Positions 9,160 to 19,560 of a DNA stretch of 64,000 nt are shown piece after piece; position 1 is the first letter of the stretch, and the number at the start of each line of letters is the position of its first letter. Source of the DNA: an uncultured Candidatus Binatia bacterium. Lineage in GTDB: Bacteria; Desulfobacterota; Binatia; Bin18. Both the position numbers and the translations under genes were made by a program. The DNA lies in contig OZ241744.1 in NCBI GenBank assembly GCA_965200965.1, positions 2,368,001-2,432,000 of the forward strand. The letters run 5' to 3'. The notes beneath the pieces are model-generated. The model was not told the DNA's origin and searched no databases. It saw only the letters and a list, made by a program, of their open reading frames with translations.

Positions 9160-11793
9160 TCACGCCTCAACGCACTCCAGCAACTGCCGGCGCATGTCCT
9201 TCCCGTCAACGCTGCGCTCTACCAGGCTGAACAGCCCCCGGCCCGCGCTTGCGCGCTGCCACAGCTCGCCCACAGTCCGCTTCTCCGCGGTATCCGCCCC
9301 GTCGGCAAGATGCGCGCCCTTGTATTCGACAACCAGCAGCCTGCCGTCGTCCAGCCGGGCCACAAAGTCGGGGTAGAACCTGCCGGTCGCCGTTGGCAGC
9401 CAGAATGAAGCCGGGTGGCCGGCCACATTGCGAAGCCAGAACTGCACCCCCGGCAGGTGGTCAAGGACCTCGGCGCAGCGACGCTCCTCACCGTCGTCCG
9501 CGCCGTCAAAGGCCGGGACGTGGGCCGGGCCGAGAAAGTGCCGGGCCGGCTTCCAGGGTCCCCGGTAGCACCGCCGGTCCTGATACATGCCGGCCCGGAA
9601 TGCAAAGGTGTTGGCAAAGGACACTTCGGGCCTGGCCCCGGGCGACAGGAGATAGCGCTGATAGGCGCGTTCGCGTTCCTGACGGCGAATGGCGTTGAGC
9701 TTGTCACGGATCTTTCGCATCAGGATGAACTTGCAGCGCATGAGGGCGGCCACCGGGATGCCCCGCCCGACCGTCAGGTGATGGACGAGATCGGACAGCC
9801 ACCTGAGCAATTCGCCCTGCCCGATATCGGGCCCGCGCACCTGCCGGTCGAGCCACAGGACCAGCTTTTCCGGGGTCCAGCCGGCCACGGCAACATTCAG
9901 CCCGAGCTGCTCCTGCTCGCCGGCGAACTGATAGGTGACACGCTGGCCGTCAAGGTCAATCTCAAAGCTGCGGACCGTCTCCCGGACCGAAAATTCCGCC
10001 TCGCTCAGCCGTGGCGAATGCGCCAGCAGCGACCAGTCGTGGAACTCCATGAACACGTCGCTGTCGGCACCCTCAAACCCGCCCTGCATATCGACCATGA
10101 GCCGCGGCACCTCAAACGGCTCGCCCCGCTCCGCGGGCGACAGCCGGTCGTTCATCTGCTGGCGATGCCACGCAAAGGAGTCGGCAAGCTGCCGGCCCTC
10201 GGCCTCCGGCAGGGCCGCGCACACGGCCCGCTCCAGGCCGGCGTCTACCGGGCCGACAATCTCCAGCGCAAGCCGGCCGCCGCCGAGCTTGCGCACGGTC
10301 AGCGCGTGCTCCGCCTGCTCCGCCTGCGCCAGGGCGGCCACCAGCGCGGGCGTGGCCGGCAGCGTCTGCCGGAAGGTCGGCCCGGGGTTCTCGTGCCGGC
10401 TGAACAGCACGCCCGGTTCTTCCTGCAGCGGCTCAATGCTGTCGTGCGCCTCGTCCTCCTCAAAACCCATCGCCACCAGCCTGTCGGCCAGCGCCCGGGC
10501 CGCCTCGCCGGCGGACGGCTCGGACAGACAGGCGTAGGCCCGGTTCAGCTCGGCGACAGGCCGGCGGCTGGCAAACGGCATCCGCAGCACCCGGCCCAGC
10601 AACTGTTCAACATCGGTGGCGCTGTGAATGCGCGAGACCGAGCAGAACACATAGGCAAAGGAACAGTCCCAGCCCTCTTTGAGCGCCTCGACGGTGATGA
10701 TGTACTCAATCGGACAGCGCCGATCAAACAGGTCAAGGCCGTCGAGTTCGCGCTGTTCGCCGGTCGCCACCGCAATCGCGCTGGCCGGGATATGCTCAAC
10801 CCCGGTCAGATGCGCCTTCAACACCCGGGCCGTGACTTCCCCGCTCTTCTTCTGGGCCTGAAACAGAACGATGGGCCGGACGTAGTCGGCGTCACGGCCG
10901 GCCGCCTCGGCCAGCGCGGCCCGCCTGGCAATCGCCGCGTTGACCGCGTTCTGCCAGTTGTCATGCTCGGACAGCATGATCGGCAGCGTGATCATGTCCG
11001 CAGCCTTCAACTCCTGGGCGGTGACGCTGTACAGAATGTTTGACTTGGGCCGGGGCGTTGCCGTGAACTCAATAATGGCGCTCGGATTGACCCGGGCCTG
11101 CATATCGCGGGTCAGTCCTGTCACCGCGTTGTGCGCCTCGTCCACGATCATCAGCGGGCGGTGGAGGTACAGCAGGTTGGCAAACGAAAACCTGAGCCGG
11201 CCGCTGTCCAGCCGCTCCAGGCCCGGCAGGTCGTCGGGCAGCGTTGAGAAGTGCGGCTCCAGGTGCTCATTGTGGGCGTAGACCTTGCGCCCCTCGGTAC
11301 TCTTGACCCGCAGCGTCTGGATCGTGCCGACCACCAGGCAGCAGTGGTCGCGCAGCTCGGGCGGGCGAATCTGGGCAAAGTCGGCAATATCGAACACCCG
11401 CACCCGGCCGCCAAAGGCCGCGTCCAGGGCTTGGCGGCAGGGGTGACGGGGGTTCCTGAGGGCTTCGACGGTCTGCGAGCGGATGGTGTTGGACGGGACC
11501 AGCCACAGGACGGCCGGATGGTCTTTTTCAATCCAGGCGTCACGCGCTACCGCAACCGCGTGGGCGGCCAGGAGGGTCTTGCCCCCGCCGGTCGGCAGCC
11601 GCAGGCAGACAGAGGGCACCTCCGGCAGCCCGTCCAGCGGCGCATACGCCCCGGCGTAGCGGCCCAGCCGCCCGGCCAGCTCGGGTTCGCGGGTCAGGGT
11701 CGCATAGGCGGTCTGCGGCCCGGCGATGCGCGCCGTCTCAAAGAAGCGGCGCAGCGTAGACAGGGTATCGGTCTGATAGGGCTTGAGTTGCAT
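9160..11793 (-). CDS. res: Type III restriction enzyme Res subunit (DEAH helicase + PD-(D/E)xK nuclease)
   Basis: LPTGGGKT, VDEAH, ALKEGWDC, QLLGRVLR and C-terminal FYPDF...VEYKG; downstream of mod. Confidence 0.9.
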   Translation of the reverse strand: MQLKPYQTDTLSTLRRFFETARIAGPQTAYATLTREPELAGRLGRYAGAYAPLDGLPEVPSVCLRLPTGGGKTLLAAHAVAVARDAWIEKDHPAVLWLVPSNTIRSQTVEALRNPRHPCRQALDAAFGGRVRVFDIADFAQIRPPELRDHCCLVVGTIQTLRVKSTEGRKVYAHNEHLEPHFSTLPDDLPGLERLDSGRLRFSFANLLYLHRPLMIVDEAHNAVTGLTRDMQARVNPSAIIEFTATPRPKSNILYSVTAQELKAADMITLPIMLSEHDNWQNAVNAAIARRAALAEAAGRDADYVRPIVLFQAQKKSGEVTARVLKAHLTGVEHIPASAIAVATGEQRELDGLDLFDRRCPIEYIITVEALKEGWDCSFAYVFCSVSRIHSATDVEQLLGRVLRMPFASRRPVAELNRAYACLSEPSAGEAARALADRLVAMGFEEDEAHDSIEPLQEEPGVLFSRHENPGPTFRQTLPATPALVAALAQAEQAEHALTVRKLGGGRLALEIVGPVDAGLERAVCAALPEAEGRQLADSFAWHRQQMNDRLSPAERGEPFEVPRLMVDMQGGFEGADSDVFMEFHDWSLLAHSPRLSEAEFSVRETVRSFEIDLDGQRVTYQFAGEQEQLGLNVAVAGWTPEKLVLWLDRQVRGPDIGQGELLRWLSDLVHHLTVGRGIPVAALMRCKFILMRKIRDKLNAIRRQERERAYQRYLLSPGARPEVSFANTFAFRAGMYQDRRCYRGPWKPARHFLGPAHVPAFDGADDGEERRCAEVLDHLPGVQFWLRNVAGHPASFWLPTATGRFYPDFVARLDDGRLLVVEYKGAHLADGADTAEKRTVGELWQRASAGRGLFSLVERSVDGKDMRRQLLECVEA

Positions 11794-11839
11794 GGGAGTC
11801 GTTCGGATGACGTGTGTCGTGCTGCTCGTGGGAGGGCTG

Positions 11840-12226
11840 TCAGCCCTCCCCCTGGCGCGGCGCGGTGCGTTCAATCAAGGTCCGCAGGGCTTCCCCCTGC
11901 TGGTGGAGGGCTTCCCCCTGCTGGTGGAGGGCTTCCCCCTGCTGGCGGAGAGTTTCCCCTTGCTGGCGCAGGGCTTCCCCCTGCTGGCGGAAAGCTTCCC
12001 CTTGCTGGCGCAGGGCTTCCTCCTGCTGGCTCAGGGCTCCGCTCTGCTGGCGCAGGACTTCCATTGTCTCGGCGTGCTGTTGCCGCGCTTCGGCATGACG
12101 CTCGGCGTGTTCGGTCGCGCGCCGGCGGCTCTCGTTGCGTATGAGCAGCAAGCCGCCTCCCAGCACAAGGATCTGCCCCAGCCCCACAAGGCCCGCAACC
12201 ACCACTCCAGCAGCTTCCCAATTCAT
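11840..12226 (-). CDS. Small membrane-anchored coiled-coil protein with QQGEAL(R/H) heptad repeats
   Basis: N-terminal TM segment and about 8 tandem 21-bp repeats; lies between mod and res. Confidence 0.7.
   Translation of the reverse strand: MNWEAAGVVVAGLVGLGQILVLGGGLLLIRNESRRRATEHAERHAEARQQHAETMEVLRQQSGALSQQEEALRQQGEAFRQQGEALRQQGETLRQQGEALHQQGEALHQQGEALRTLIERTAPRQGEG
11883..12055. repeat. 21-bp tandem repeat (~8 units, gcagggcttccccctgctggc-like)
   Basis: Directly visible tandem array. Confidence 0.9.
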
Positions 12227-12310
12227 ACGCCTGTCCTTCAGAGGGGCAGGTCAGCTTAGCAGGATGTCGATTACGCTCCGCTCATCCGACCTGCTCATCC
12301 GACCTGCGAT

Positions 12311-13867
12311 TCATCCCCGCGCCCGCACATCATACGGCAACTGTTTGAACACCACCTGCTCCCGCGCCAGCGTGGCCGCGGCCAGGCGCGACTGCTCGCC
12401 GTAGACCGTCAGCGGACAGGCGGGATGCGCCGGCGCAAAGCCCGGATGGGCCGCGGCGAGCTGCTCACGAATCAGCCCCAGCGTGGCCCGCGTCAGCACA
12501 TTGCCGCCGGCCGGCCGCCGGTCGCCCAGAATGCCGTTGTACAGCAGGGCGTAGGCGTGGCCGTCGTGCAGGCCGAGAAGAGGCGGGTGCGCATTCCCCG
12601 GCCAGGGCCGCTCAGTCTCGCTGAACCACACATGGGCGGCCAGGGTCGAAAACCCTATCTCCGCGTTGATACGCCCCGCAGCGTCAAACACCGCCGGCCC
12701 CAGCCGGAAGCAGCGGAAGCCGCCCCCGCCCTCCCAGCCGACCGCCTTGGAGATGCCGCCCTGCTCGCCGGCCATGACCTTGCCGAGCCGGGGCACGCAG
12801 TGCGTCACCGCGTGCTCGCCCATCTCAATGCCGATCCAGCGTCTGCCCATCTTGTGGGCCACCGCCGCGGTCGTGCCCGAGCCGAGAAACGAGTCAAGCA
12901 CCAGCTCGCCGGGCCTGGTGGCAATGTGCAGCACCCGGTGAATGAGGCGTTCGGGCTTCGGCGTCTCGAACACTGCCGACTTCCCGAATAAGTCAATGAT
13001 TTCCCGTTTCGCCTCTTGCGTATTACCAGTCTCTTCATTTGACCACCACGTCCAGGATTGCCTCCCCTTGGCCTCCGAGAGGTAATTCTTCCTGCGTGGT
13101 ACGCCTTTTCCGTCCTTACCGAACCAGAATCGCCCTTCCTCAACCTGCTTCAAAAAAACACTTTCCACATTCTTCCAGCACGATCCTTCCGGCGGATAGT
13201 ATGCGACACCCCCCGGAGTGACGATTTTGTACATTTGATTCGGCCTGTACCCCTGTGCGCTGAAGTCCCGCGAAACCCACGCACCACGGGGATCATGATC
13301 CGGGTTTTTGTATTCCTCCCTCTGGCGTTGGCTCAGCGGAAGCAGATTGGCGTTTTCACGGAATGCTTCTGCGTTTCTGGAATAGACAAGCACAGCGTCG
13401 TGTCCATCGCCAAGAGCCACGCGAAAATCGGGGGAAGTTCTCTTCTGCCAGACGACATTTGCAATAAAGTTCTTGCGCCCGAACACCTCATCCATGATGA
13501 CCTTGAGATAATGCCCCTCGTTGTCGTCAATGGAGACCCAGATGGACCCGTCTTCGGTCAGCAGTTCGCGCAGGAGTTCGAGCCGCGGCCACATCATCGC
13601 CAGCCATTGGGTATGTTCGAGATTGTCGTCATAGTGTACAAAGGCCGAGCGGGTGTTGTACGGCGGGTCAATGCAGATACACTTCACCCGCCCGGCGTAG
13701 AACGGCAGCAGGGCCTTGAGCGCGTCCAGATTATCGCCCTGAATCAGCAGGTTGCCGGCCTCCGGGTCGCCGGCCGACAGCGCCGGCACTTCCTCCAGCA
13801 GCCGATACGGCACACGGCCGGCGGCGCGCACATCTTCGTCCCGGGTCAGCCAGTGCAGGGTCGGCAT
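12311..13867 (-). CDS. mod: Type III R-M Mod subunit (adenine DNA methyltransferase)
   Basis: LLIQGDNL, catalytic DPPYN, TPKPERL, and SAM-binding VLDSFLGSGTT. Confidence 0.93.
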   Translation of the reverse strand: MPTLHWLTRDEDVRAAGRVPYRLLEEVPALSAGDPEAGNLLIQGDNLDALKALLPFYAGRVKCICIDPPYNTRSAFVHYDDNLEHTQWLAMMWPRLELLRELLTEDGSIWVSIDDNEGHYLKVIMDEVFGRKNFIANVVWQKRTSPDFRVALGDGHDAVLVYSRNAEAFRENANLLPLSQRQREEYKNPDHDPRGAWVSRDFSAQGYRPNQMYKIVTPGGVAYYPPEGSCWKNVESVFLKQVEEGRFWFGKDGKGVPRRKNYLSEAKGRQSWTWWSNEETGNTQEAKREIIDLFGKSAVFETPKPERLIHRVLHIATRPGELVLDSFLGSGTTAAVAHKMGRRWIGIEMGEHAVTHCVPRLGKVMAGEQGGISKAVGWEGGGGFRCFRLGPAVFDAAGRINAEIGFSTLAAHVWFSETERPWPGNAHPPLLGLHDGHAYALLYNGILGDRRPAGGNVLTRATLGLIREQLAAAHPGFAPAHPACPLTVYGEQSRLAAATLAREQVVFKQLPYDVRARG

Positions 13868-13868
13868 G

Positions 13869-14513
13869 TCAGAGCAGCTTGACCAGGGCCACAGTCAGAC
13901 CGACAATCGCCGCCGCCTGCGCCCACAGCACCCGATACATCTCGGCCCGCAGGTCCGCGATGGCGGCCTTCGTCGAGTTTTGCGACTCCACCATCTGCGC
14001 TTTCAGGTCCGCAAGCTCCGCTGTCGTCGTCTCGCGCAACTCCCCGATCCCGGCCCGCAACGCCGCAATGTCGGCCTTCGTCGTCTCGCGCAACTCCCCG
14101 ATCCCGGCCCGCAACGCCGCAATGTCGGCCTTCGTCATGTCGCGCAACTCCGCAAGCTCGGCCTTCAACTCGGCCCGCAACGCCGCAATGTCGGCCTTCG
14201 TCGTCTCGCGCAACTCCCCGATCCCGGTCTTCAACTCGGCCCGCAACGCCGCAATGTCGGCCTTCGTCGTCTCGCGCAACTCCCCGATCCCGGTCTTCAA
14301 CTCGGCCCGCAACGCCGCAATGTCGACCTTTGTCGTGTCGCGCAACTCCCCGATGTCCGCTTTCGTCGTAGCCTGCGACTCCACGATGTCCGTCTTGGTC
14401 GCTACACCTTCGGTGACGGCACTACGCAGCACGCCAACGACCGCCGCGGCCTGGGTTTCATCCATCCCCGCCTCGGTCAGTTGGCGGGCAGCGATCAGGG
14501 TATCGAAGAGCAT
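13869..14513 (-). CDS. DUF1640/CCDC90-like coiled-coil protein with internal tandem repeats
   Basis: FDTL..ARQLTEAGMDETQA...VATKTDI head, repeated TKADIAALRA(ELKT)GIGELRE units and a C-terminal TM helix; ends 1 nt before the mod start. Confidence 0.8.
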   Translation of the reverse strand: MLFDTLIAARQLTEAGMDETQAAAVVGVLRSAVTEGVATKTDIVESQATTKADIGELRDTTKVDIAALRAELKTGIGELRETTKADIAALRAELKTGIGELRETTKADIAALRAELKAELAELRDMTKADIAALRAGIGELRETTKADIAALRAGIGELRETTTAELADLKAQMVESQNSTKAAIADLRAEMYRVLWAQAAAIVGLTVALVKLL

Positions 14514-14594
14514 GGTCGTCTCCCCTCATGGTGTCTGGTGAGCCAGATTATAGGCTATTGAGTCCGGCGGGGCGACTCAGGGCAGCCGCAGGTA

Positions 14595-15980
14595 TCAATC
14601 GGCCTCCGCCTTCGGGACCTCCGACATGGCTTGCTTGTATTCAGCGATCCATTGTTCAGCCTCTTCCGCGGTGTAGGCTCCGGTCTCGGCTCCGGCTGGT
14701 GGTTCGTGACTTGGCGGCTTGCCAAGGTGTGGCGTCAATGGCTCTCGCAACTCCTGTGCTCGTTTACCGGACAAGCCTTTGACAAGGGAGTCAATGTCTT
14801 CTTGACTCAGCCCGCCCGCAAAAGTTACCCTCGAGAGGTCGCTTTCTTTACCAATCCAGTTTCTTATTCTTTCTTCAAAGGGTTTCCCAGACAGATATTC
14901 GCTCGTAGCCCCTTGCAACCGTGCGTCCCTAAGAACAACTCCTTGTAACTGCGCGTCCAAAAGATTAGCCCCTTGTAACCGCGCGCCCAAAAGATTAGCC
15001 CCTTGTAACTGCGCGCCCCAAAGATCAGCCCCTTGCAACTGCGCGCCCAAAAGATCAGCCCCTTGCAACTGCGCGTCCAAAAGATTAGCCCCTTGTAACC
15101 GCGCGCCCCAAAGATTAGCCCCTTGTAACTGCGCACCCCTAAGATCAGCCCCTTGCAACTGCGCACCCCTAAGATCAGCCCCTTGCAACTGCGCGCCCCA
15201 AAGAACAGCCCTTTGTAACTGCGCGCCTAAAAGAACAGCCCTTTGTAACCGCGCGCCCCAAAGATTAGCCCCTTGCAACTGCGCGCCCCTAAGAACAGCC
15301 CCTTGCAGTCGTGCCCGGCTTAAGTCGGCCCTTGCTAAACGCGCTAGAGTGAGAGAAGCCCCATTCAGCCAACTTCCTTGCAGATTGGTATGGCAATTTT
15401 TGAAAACCTCGTGCTCCTGCACAAACAGCAAAGTCAGCATACTTTGGACTTCTTCCGAAGGTTCCACCTCGTGCTTTTTTCTGTATTCGTCCCCGCCCGT
15501 CGTCTGCCGGATGTGGGCACAGAGAATTTCAAGCACGGTCTGACATAGCTCCGGGGTGTCTTGCGCCAGATGGAAAAGCTCATAGGCCCCGCCCAGACGC
15601 ACAGAGTCCTTTTCGTTTCCCAGATGCTCAATGGCGTTTTTCAGGCGCTCTTGTCGCTGGCCCTGCTCGGTGTTCAACACGGCGTCTTCCATCGCCTTGG
15701 CCCGCCGGTAGGACATCAGGGCTTGCAGGGCAACCAGCACCCCGCCCATGCCAAAGCCGAGAAACCTCAGGGCCTGATACTTCCTTGATGGACCGCCTTC
15801 CGCTTCCCTTATTCCCAAAAGGCTGAAAATCGACTCTGAGCACACATCAAACGCAACAGCCACGAAAAGGCCGGCCAACACCAGACCAACACAGAAAAGC
15901 AGACCGACAAGAAGACTCTGAAAAGGCTGAGCCTTGATTTTTTTCCAGAGGTTTTGGCACACGGTTGCAAACTTAGTCAT
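14595..15980 (-). CDS. Membrane-anchored pentapeptide-repeat protein
   Basis: Two N-terminal TM segments, ERLKNAIEHLG...VRLGGAYEL, and long A(N/D)LxG-AQLQG repeats. Confidence 0.9.
   Translation of the reverse strand: MTKFATVCQNLWKKIKAQPFQSLLVGLLFCVGLVLAGLFVAVAFDVCSESIFSLLGIREAEGGPSRKYQALRFLGFGMGGVLVALQALMSYRRAKAMEDAVLNTEQGQRQERLKNAIEHLGNEKDSVRLGGAYELFHLAQDTPELCQTVLEILCAHIRQTTGGDEYRKKHEVEPSEEVQSMLTLLFVQEHEVFKNCHTNLQGSWLNGASLTLARLARADLSRARLQGAVLRGAQLQGANLWGARLQRAVLLGAQLQRAVLWGAQLQGADLRGAQLQGADLRGAQLQGANLWGARLQGANLLDAQLQGADLLGAQLQGADLWGAQLQGANLLGARLQGANLLDAQLQGVVLRDARLQGATSEYLSGKPFEERIRNWIGKESDLSRVTFAGGLSQEDIDSLVKGLSGKRAQELREPLTPHLGKPPSHEPPAGAETGAYTAEEAEQWIAEYKQAMSEVPKAEAD
14907..15308. repeat. 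30-bp tandem repeat (~13 units) encoding pentapeptide pairs
   Basis: agccccttg(t/c)aac(t/c)gcgcg.c.aaagat.. recurs with 30-bp period. Confidence 0.9.
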
Positions 15981-16012
15981 AGCGGCATCCTTTCTGCCCC
16001 AGCACTCCGACC

Positions 16013-16330
16013 TTACGCACCGCGGCGTAACAACTCCTCCAAGGCGCGCCCGTGGCGGTCGAGGGTCTGGCTCTGCCGCTCCAGTATCTGGCTCTGCCGC
16101 TCCAATATCTGGCCCAGGGTCTGGCCCTGTCGCTCCAGCATCTGGCCCAACACCACCCCCTGCCGCTCAAACGCCTCGCCCTGCTGCTTGACAGACTGGC
16201 TCATCATGTCAATTTCCCGGTCCCGCCGCCGCCCGGCTTTCTGCATCTGGAACAAACCCCAAAAAATGCCACTCAGGCCCACCGTGTTGATGCCGATTTG
16301 TACCCAGGTGGCGATGATCTGCTGTTCCAT
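16013..16330 (-). CDS. Small membrane-anchored heptad-repeat protein (related to 11840-12226)
   Basis: TM segment, RRRDRE, QQGEAFERQG/LERQSQ repeats and ALEELLRR tail. Confidence 0.65.
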   Translation of the reverse strand: MEQQIIATWVQIGINTVGLSGIFWGLFQMQKAGRRRDREIDMMSQSVKQQGEAFERQGVVLGQMLERQGQTLGQILERQSQILERQSQTLDRHGRALEELLRRGA

Positions 16331-16446
16331 GCCGTCCACCTTACCCTGCTCACCCGCTCAGGACGGATGTAGCGCATTCTCGCCCGGCGCGCAAAAACGC
16401 ACCGACACGCCATGACAAAACCGCGGAAAGCAGCCACAATAGCCCC

Positions 16447-16749
16447 ATGCACAACGTTCACCTCAGTCGCCTGCGGATCATCGGACTGGCCGAAGGCAGC
16501 TCATTTGTGGCCCTGCTCGGCATCGCCATGCCGCTCAAATACCTTGGCGATATGCCGCTGGCGGTGACGCTCGTCGGCTGGGTGCATGGCCTGCTGTTCA
16601 TGGCCCTGTGCGTCGCGGCCCTGCGGGTCAAGCGCGCGCTGGGCTGGGACAGCAGAGCCGCCGGCCTCGTGGTGCTGGCCGGGCTGCTGCCCTTCGGCCC
16701 ATTTGTGATTGACGGCTGGTTACGCAAAGAGGATGGGACACGCCCATGA
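16447..16749 (+). CDS. DUF3817 family membrane protein
   Basis: [26 protein letters not shown] and LLPFGPFV motifs. Confidence 0.85.
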   Translation: MHNVHLSRLRIIGLAEGSSFVALLGIAMPLKYLGDMPLAVTLVGWVHGLLFMALCVAALRVKRALGWDSRAAGLVVLAGLLPFGPFVIDGWLRKEDGTRP

Positions 16750-16789
16750 CCGGTCGCCGTCGTGTCCCGTCCTCACAGGAGGGAAGAGC

Positions 16790-17548
16790 ATGACCCCATA
16801 TCAGAAAGTGGCACTGGTGACGGGAGCCGGCACAGGCATCGGTAAACACCTGACGCTGGCCCTGTTGAGAGAAGGCTATGCGGTCGCACTGGCCGGCCGG
16901 CGGGCCGAGCTGTTGGAGCAAACGGTCAGCGAAGCCGGAGTGTCGGACGAACGGACCCTGATCGCGCCAACCGACGTGGGCGACCCGGCCGCGGTGCGCG
17001 CCCTGTTTGGCAAGCTGCGCGAAAAATTCGGACGGCTCGACCTGCTGTTCAACAACGCCGGCAGCGGTGCGCCGGCGATTCCCCTCGAAGACCTGTCCTA
17101 TGAGCAGTGGCAGAGCGTGGTCAACGTGAATCTGACCGGTACCTTTCTGTGTACCCAAGAGGCGTTCAGGATCATGAAGAACCAGGACCCGCGAGGCGGA
17201 CGGATCATCAATAACGGATCGATCTCGGCCCATGTCCCGCGGCCCAACTCGGCCCCCTACACCGCCACCAAGCACGCCATGACCGGGCTGACCAAATCGA
17301 CCGCTCTGGACGGCCGCGCATACGACATTGCCTGCGGCCAGATTGACATCGGCAACGCCGAGACGGCGCTGACGGCCCGCATGAAGCAGGGCGTGCCGCA
17401 GGCCAACGGGACGGTGGCGGCAGAGCCGACAATGGATGTGGAGAACGTCTCGCGGGCGGTCGTGTATATGGCCAGCCTGCCCCTGGACGCCAACGTGCAG
17501 TTCATGACGGTCCTGGCAACCAGGATGCCGTATGTGGGCCGGGGCTAG
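16790..17548 (+). CDS. SDR family oxidoreductase
   Basis: [12 protein letters not shown] and catalytic YTATKH motifs. Confidence 0.93.
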   Translation: MTPYQKVALVTGAGTGIGKHLTLALLREGYAVALAGRRAELLEQTVSEAGVSDERTLIAPTDVGDPAAVRALFGKLREKFGRLDLLFNNAGSGAPAIPLEDLSYEQWQSVVNVNLTGTFLCTQEAFRIMKNQDPRGGRIINNGSISAHVPRPNSAPYTATKHAMTGLTKSTALDGRAYDIACGQIDIGNAETALTARMKQGVPQANGTVAAEPTMDVENVSRAVVYMASLPLDANVQFMTVLATRMPYVGRG

Positions 17549-17568
17549 CCCACCACGGGGAAGCGCGT

Positions 17569-18981
17569 ATGTCTCGCCACGAACTGTGTTTTCTGCCCGC
17601 CACCGAACTGGCCGACCGTCTCCGTCGCCGGGAGGTGTCCTGCCGGGAAGTCCTCGAAGCCCATCTGGCGCAGATCGAGCGGATCAACCCGCAGGTGAAC
17701 GCGATTGTCACCCTGGTGGCCGATCGGGCCCTTGACCAGGCGCGGCGGGCTGACGCAACCGCGCCCGACGCCCGCGGGCCTTTGCACGGCCTGCCTGTCG
17801 CCCATAAGGACCTCGTGCTGACCAAAGGCATACGGACGACCCTCGGCTCGCCCATTTTTGCCGACTTTGTGCCCGAGCAGGATGAAATCATCGTGGAGCG
17901 CATGAGACAGGCCGGGGCCATTACCCTTGGCAAGACCAACACGCCCGAGTTCGGGGCCGGCTCGCAGACCTGTAACCCGGTGTTCGGGGCCACCCGCAAC
18001 CCGTATGACCTGAGTAAAACCTGTGGCGGCAGCAGCGGCGGGGCCGCGGTTGGCCTGGCCTGCGGCATGGTGTCGCTGGCCGACGGCAGCGACCTCGGCG
18101 GCTCGCTGCGCAATCCGGCCAGTTTCTGCAATGTGGTCGGCCTGCGTCCCTCACCCGGGCGGGTCCCGGTCTGGCCGCACCGGGTGGCCTGGTTTCCGCT
18201 GGCGGTTGAGGGACCGATGGCGCGCACGGTGCAGGATGTAGCCCTGTTGCTGAGCGTCCTGGCCGGCCCCGACCCCCGGGCACCGCAGGCGCTCAACGAA
18301 CCGGGCAGCCTTTTCAGGCAGGACCTGGAGCGGTCTTTTGGGGGCGTGCGTATCGCCTGGAGCCAGACCCTGGGCGGTCTGCCGTTTGATCCGCGGGTAA
18401 GCGCGGCCCTGGAGTCCCAGCGGGCGGTCTTTGAGGGGCTGGGCTGTATTGTCGAGGAGGCCACGCCGGATTTCCGTCATGCCGACGAGATCTTCCGGGT
18501 CTGGCGGGCGTGGTATTTTGAGCTGGCCTTGGGCGAACTGCTGGCCGGGCATCGCGCCCGGATGAAAGACGCGGTGGCCTGGAATATTGAACAGGGCCAG
18601 CAGCTGAGCGGTCCCCAGCTTGGCCAGGCCGAACGCCGGCGGACCGAGCTGTATCATCACATGCGGGGGTTCATGGACCGCTACGCCTTCCTGATCGCTC
18701 CGGTGTCTCAGGTCCCGCCGTTTGCGGTGGACCGGGAGTATGTGACCGAGATCAACGGCACCGCGCTCGACACCTACCTCGACTGGATGAAGTCGTGCTA
18801 CTACATCAGCGTCACCGGCCTGCCGGCCATCTCGGTGCCGGCCGGATTTACGCCCGAGGGGCTGCCGGTCGGCGTGCAGATCGTCGGCCGCTATCAGGAC
18901 GAGCTGGGCCTGTTGCAGTTGGCCCACGCCTTTGAGCAGGCGACCGGGGCATGGAAGCGAAGGCCGGCGATCGTCGCCTGA
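17569..18981 (+). CDS. Amidase (amidase signature family)
   Basis: GKTNTPEFG, GGSSGG and GSDLGGSLRNPA motifs. Confidence 0.94.
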   Translation: MSRHELCFLPATELADRLRRREVSCREVLEAHLAQIERINPQVNAIVTLVADRALDQARRADATAPDARGPLHGLPVAHKDLVLTKGIRTTLGSPIFADFVPEQDEIIVERMRQAGAITLGKTNTPEFGAGSQTCNPVFGATRNPYDLSKTCGGSSGGAAVGLACGMVSLADGSDLGGSLRNPASFCNVVGLRPSPGRVPVWPHRVAWFPLAVEGPMARTVQDVALLLSVLAGPDPRAPQALNEPGSLFRQDLERSFGGVRIAWSQTLGGLPFDPRVSAALESQRAVFEGLGCIVEEATPDFRHADEIFRVWRAWYFELALGELLAGHRARMKDAVAWNIEQGQQLSGPQLGQAERRRTELYHHMRGFMDRYAFLIAPVSQVPPFAVDREYVTEINGTALDTYLDWMKSCYYISVTGLPAISVPAGFTPEGLPVGVQIVGRYQDELGLLQLAHAFEQATGAWKRRPAIVA

Positions 18982-19005
18982 GCCGCGCCGGCCGGGACGG
19001 AACAC

Positions 19006-19548
19006 ATGGCCCATGCCTACGATCCGTACTACCGGGATTTTCCGTCAAACCTCCTGCCGGCCCACACGCCGTTCACCCGCGCCGGCCAGGGCGACGCCGG
19101 CCATGTCTTCATCTACATGACGCGCAGATGGAGGCGAGGGGTGAACCTGTCATCAGAAGGCGACACATTCACCCCTTGCTGGAGTCTGGTCCTGGACAGA
19201 AGCCGCCTGGAGCTGATTCACGATGAGGCCCGGCAGTGTATTCCGCCCGGCTTCTCCCAGCTCTGGCTGCTGGAAAAGCGCTACAGCACGGCCCGACCGG
19301 GCGGCCGGGCACGGCCTTTGCCCACACACCCTCTGTTTGACCGCCGTGGGCCTCCGCCCAAGACCATTCTTGAAGAAAAGCTGCTGGTCGTCCTGCGCGA
19401 GCCGCCCCAACGGCCCGACGGCAAGGGGGATGTGCTGTCCTACCACCTGCGTGAGGCCGAAGCGCTGCGGGCGGCCGAGGCATATACGCGGAGGTCCCGG
19501 CACCGGGCGGTCGTCGCCGGGCTGCTCTGGGATGAGTTGTGGTTTTAG
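19006..19548 (+). CDS. Hypothetical protein containing an in-frame palindromic element
   Basis: 180-aa ORF in operon-like position after the amidase; no family recognised. Confidence 0.55.
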   Translation: MAHAYDPYYRDFPSNLLPAHTPFTRAGQGDAGHVFIYMTRRWRRGVNLSSEGDTFTPCWSLVLDRSRLELIHDEARQCIPPGFSQLWLLEKRYSTARPGGRARPLPTHPLFDRRGPPPKTILEEKLLVVLREPPQRPDGKGDVLSYHLREAEALRAAEAYTRRSRHRAVVAGLLWDELWF

Positions 19549-19560
19549 CCGGAAGAGGGA

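Noticed and set aside
7629-11043. Long antisense ORFs (7629-9119, 9415-11043 and many similar)
   Set aside because: Shadow frames of real GC-rich genes on the opposite strand; no motifs.
12279-12306. 13-bp tandem duplication (gctcatccgacct x2); a similar one at ~40883-40908
   Set aside because: Two-copy slippage duplications with no evidence of function.
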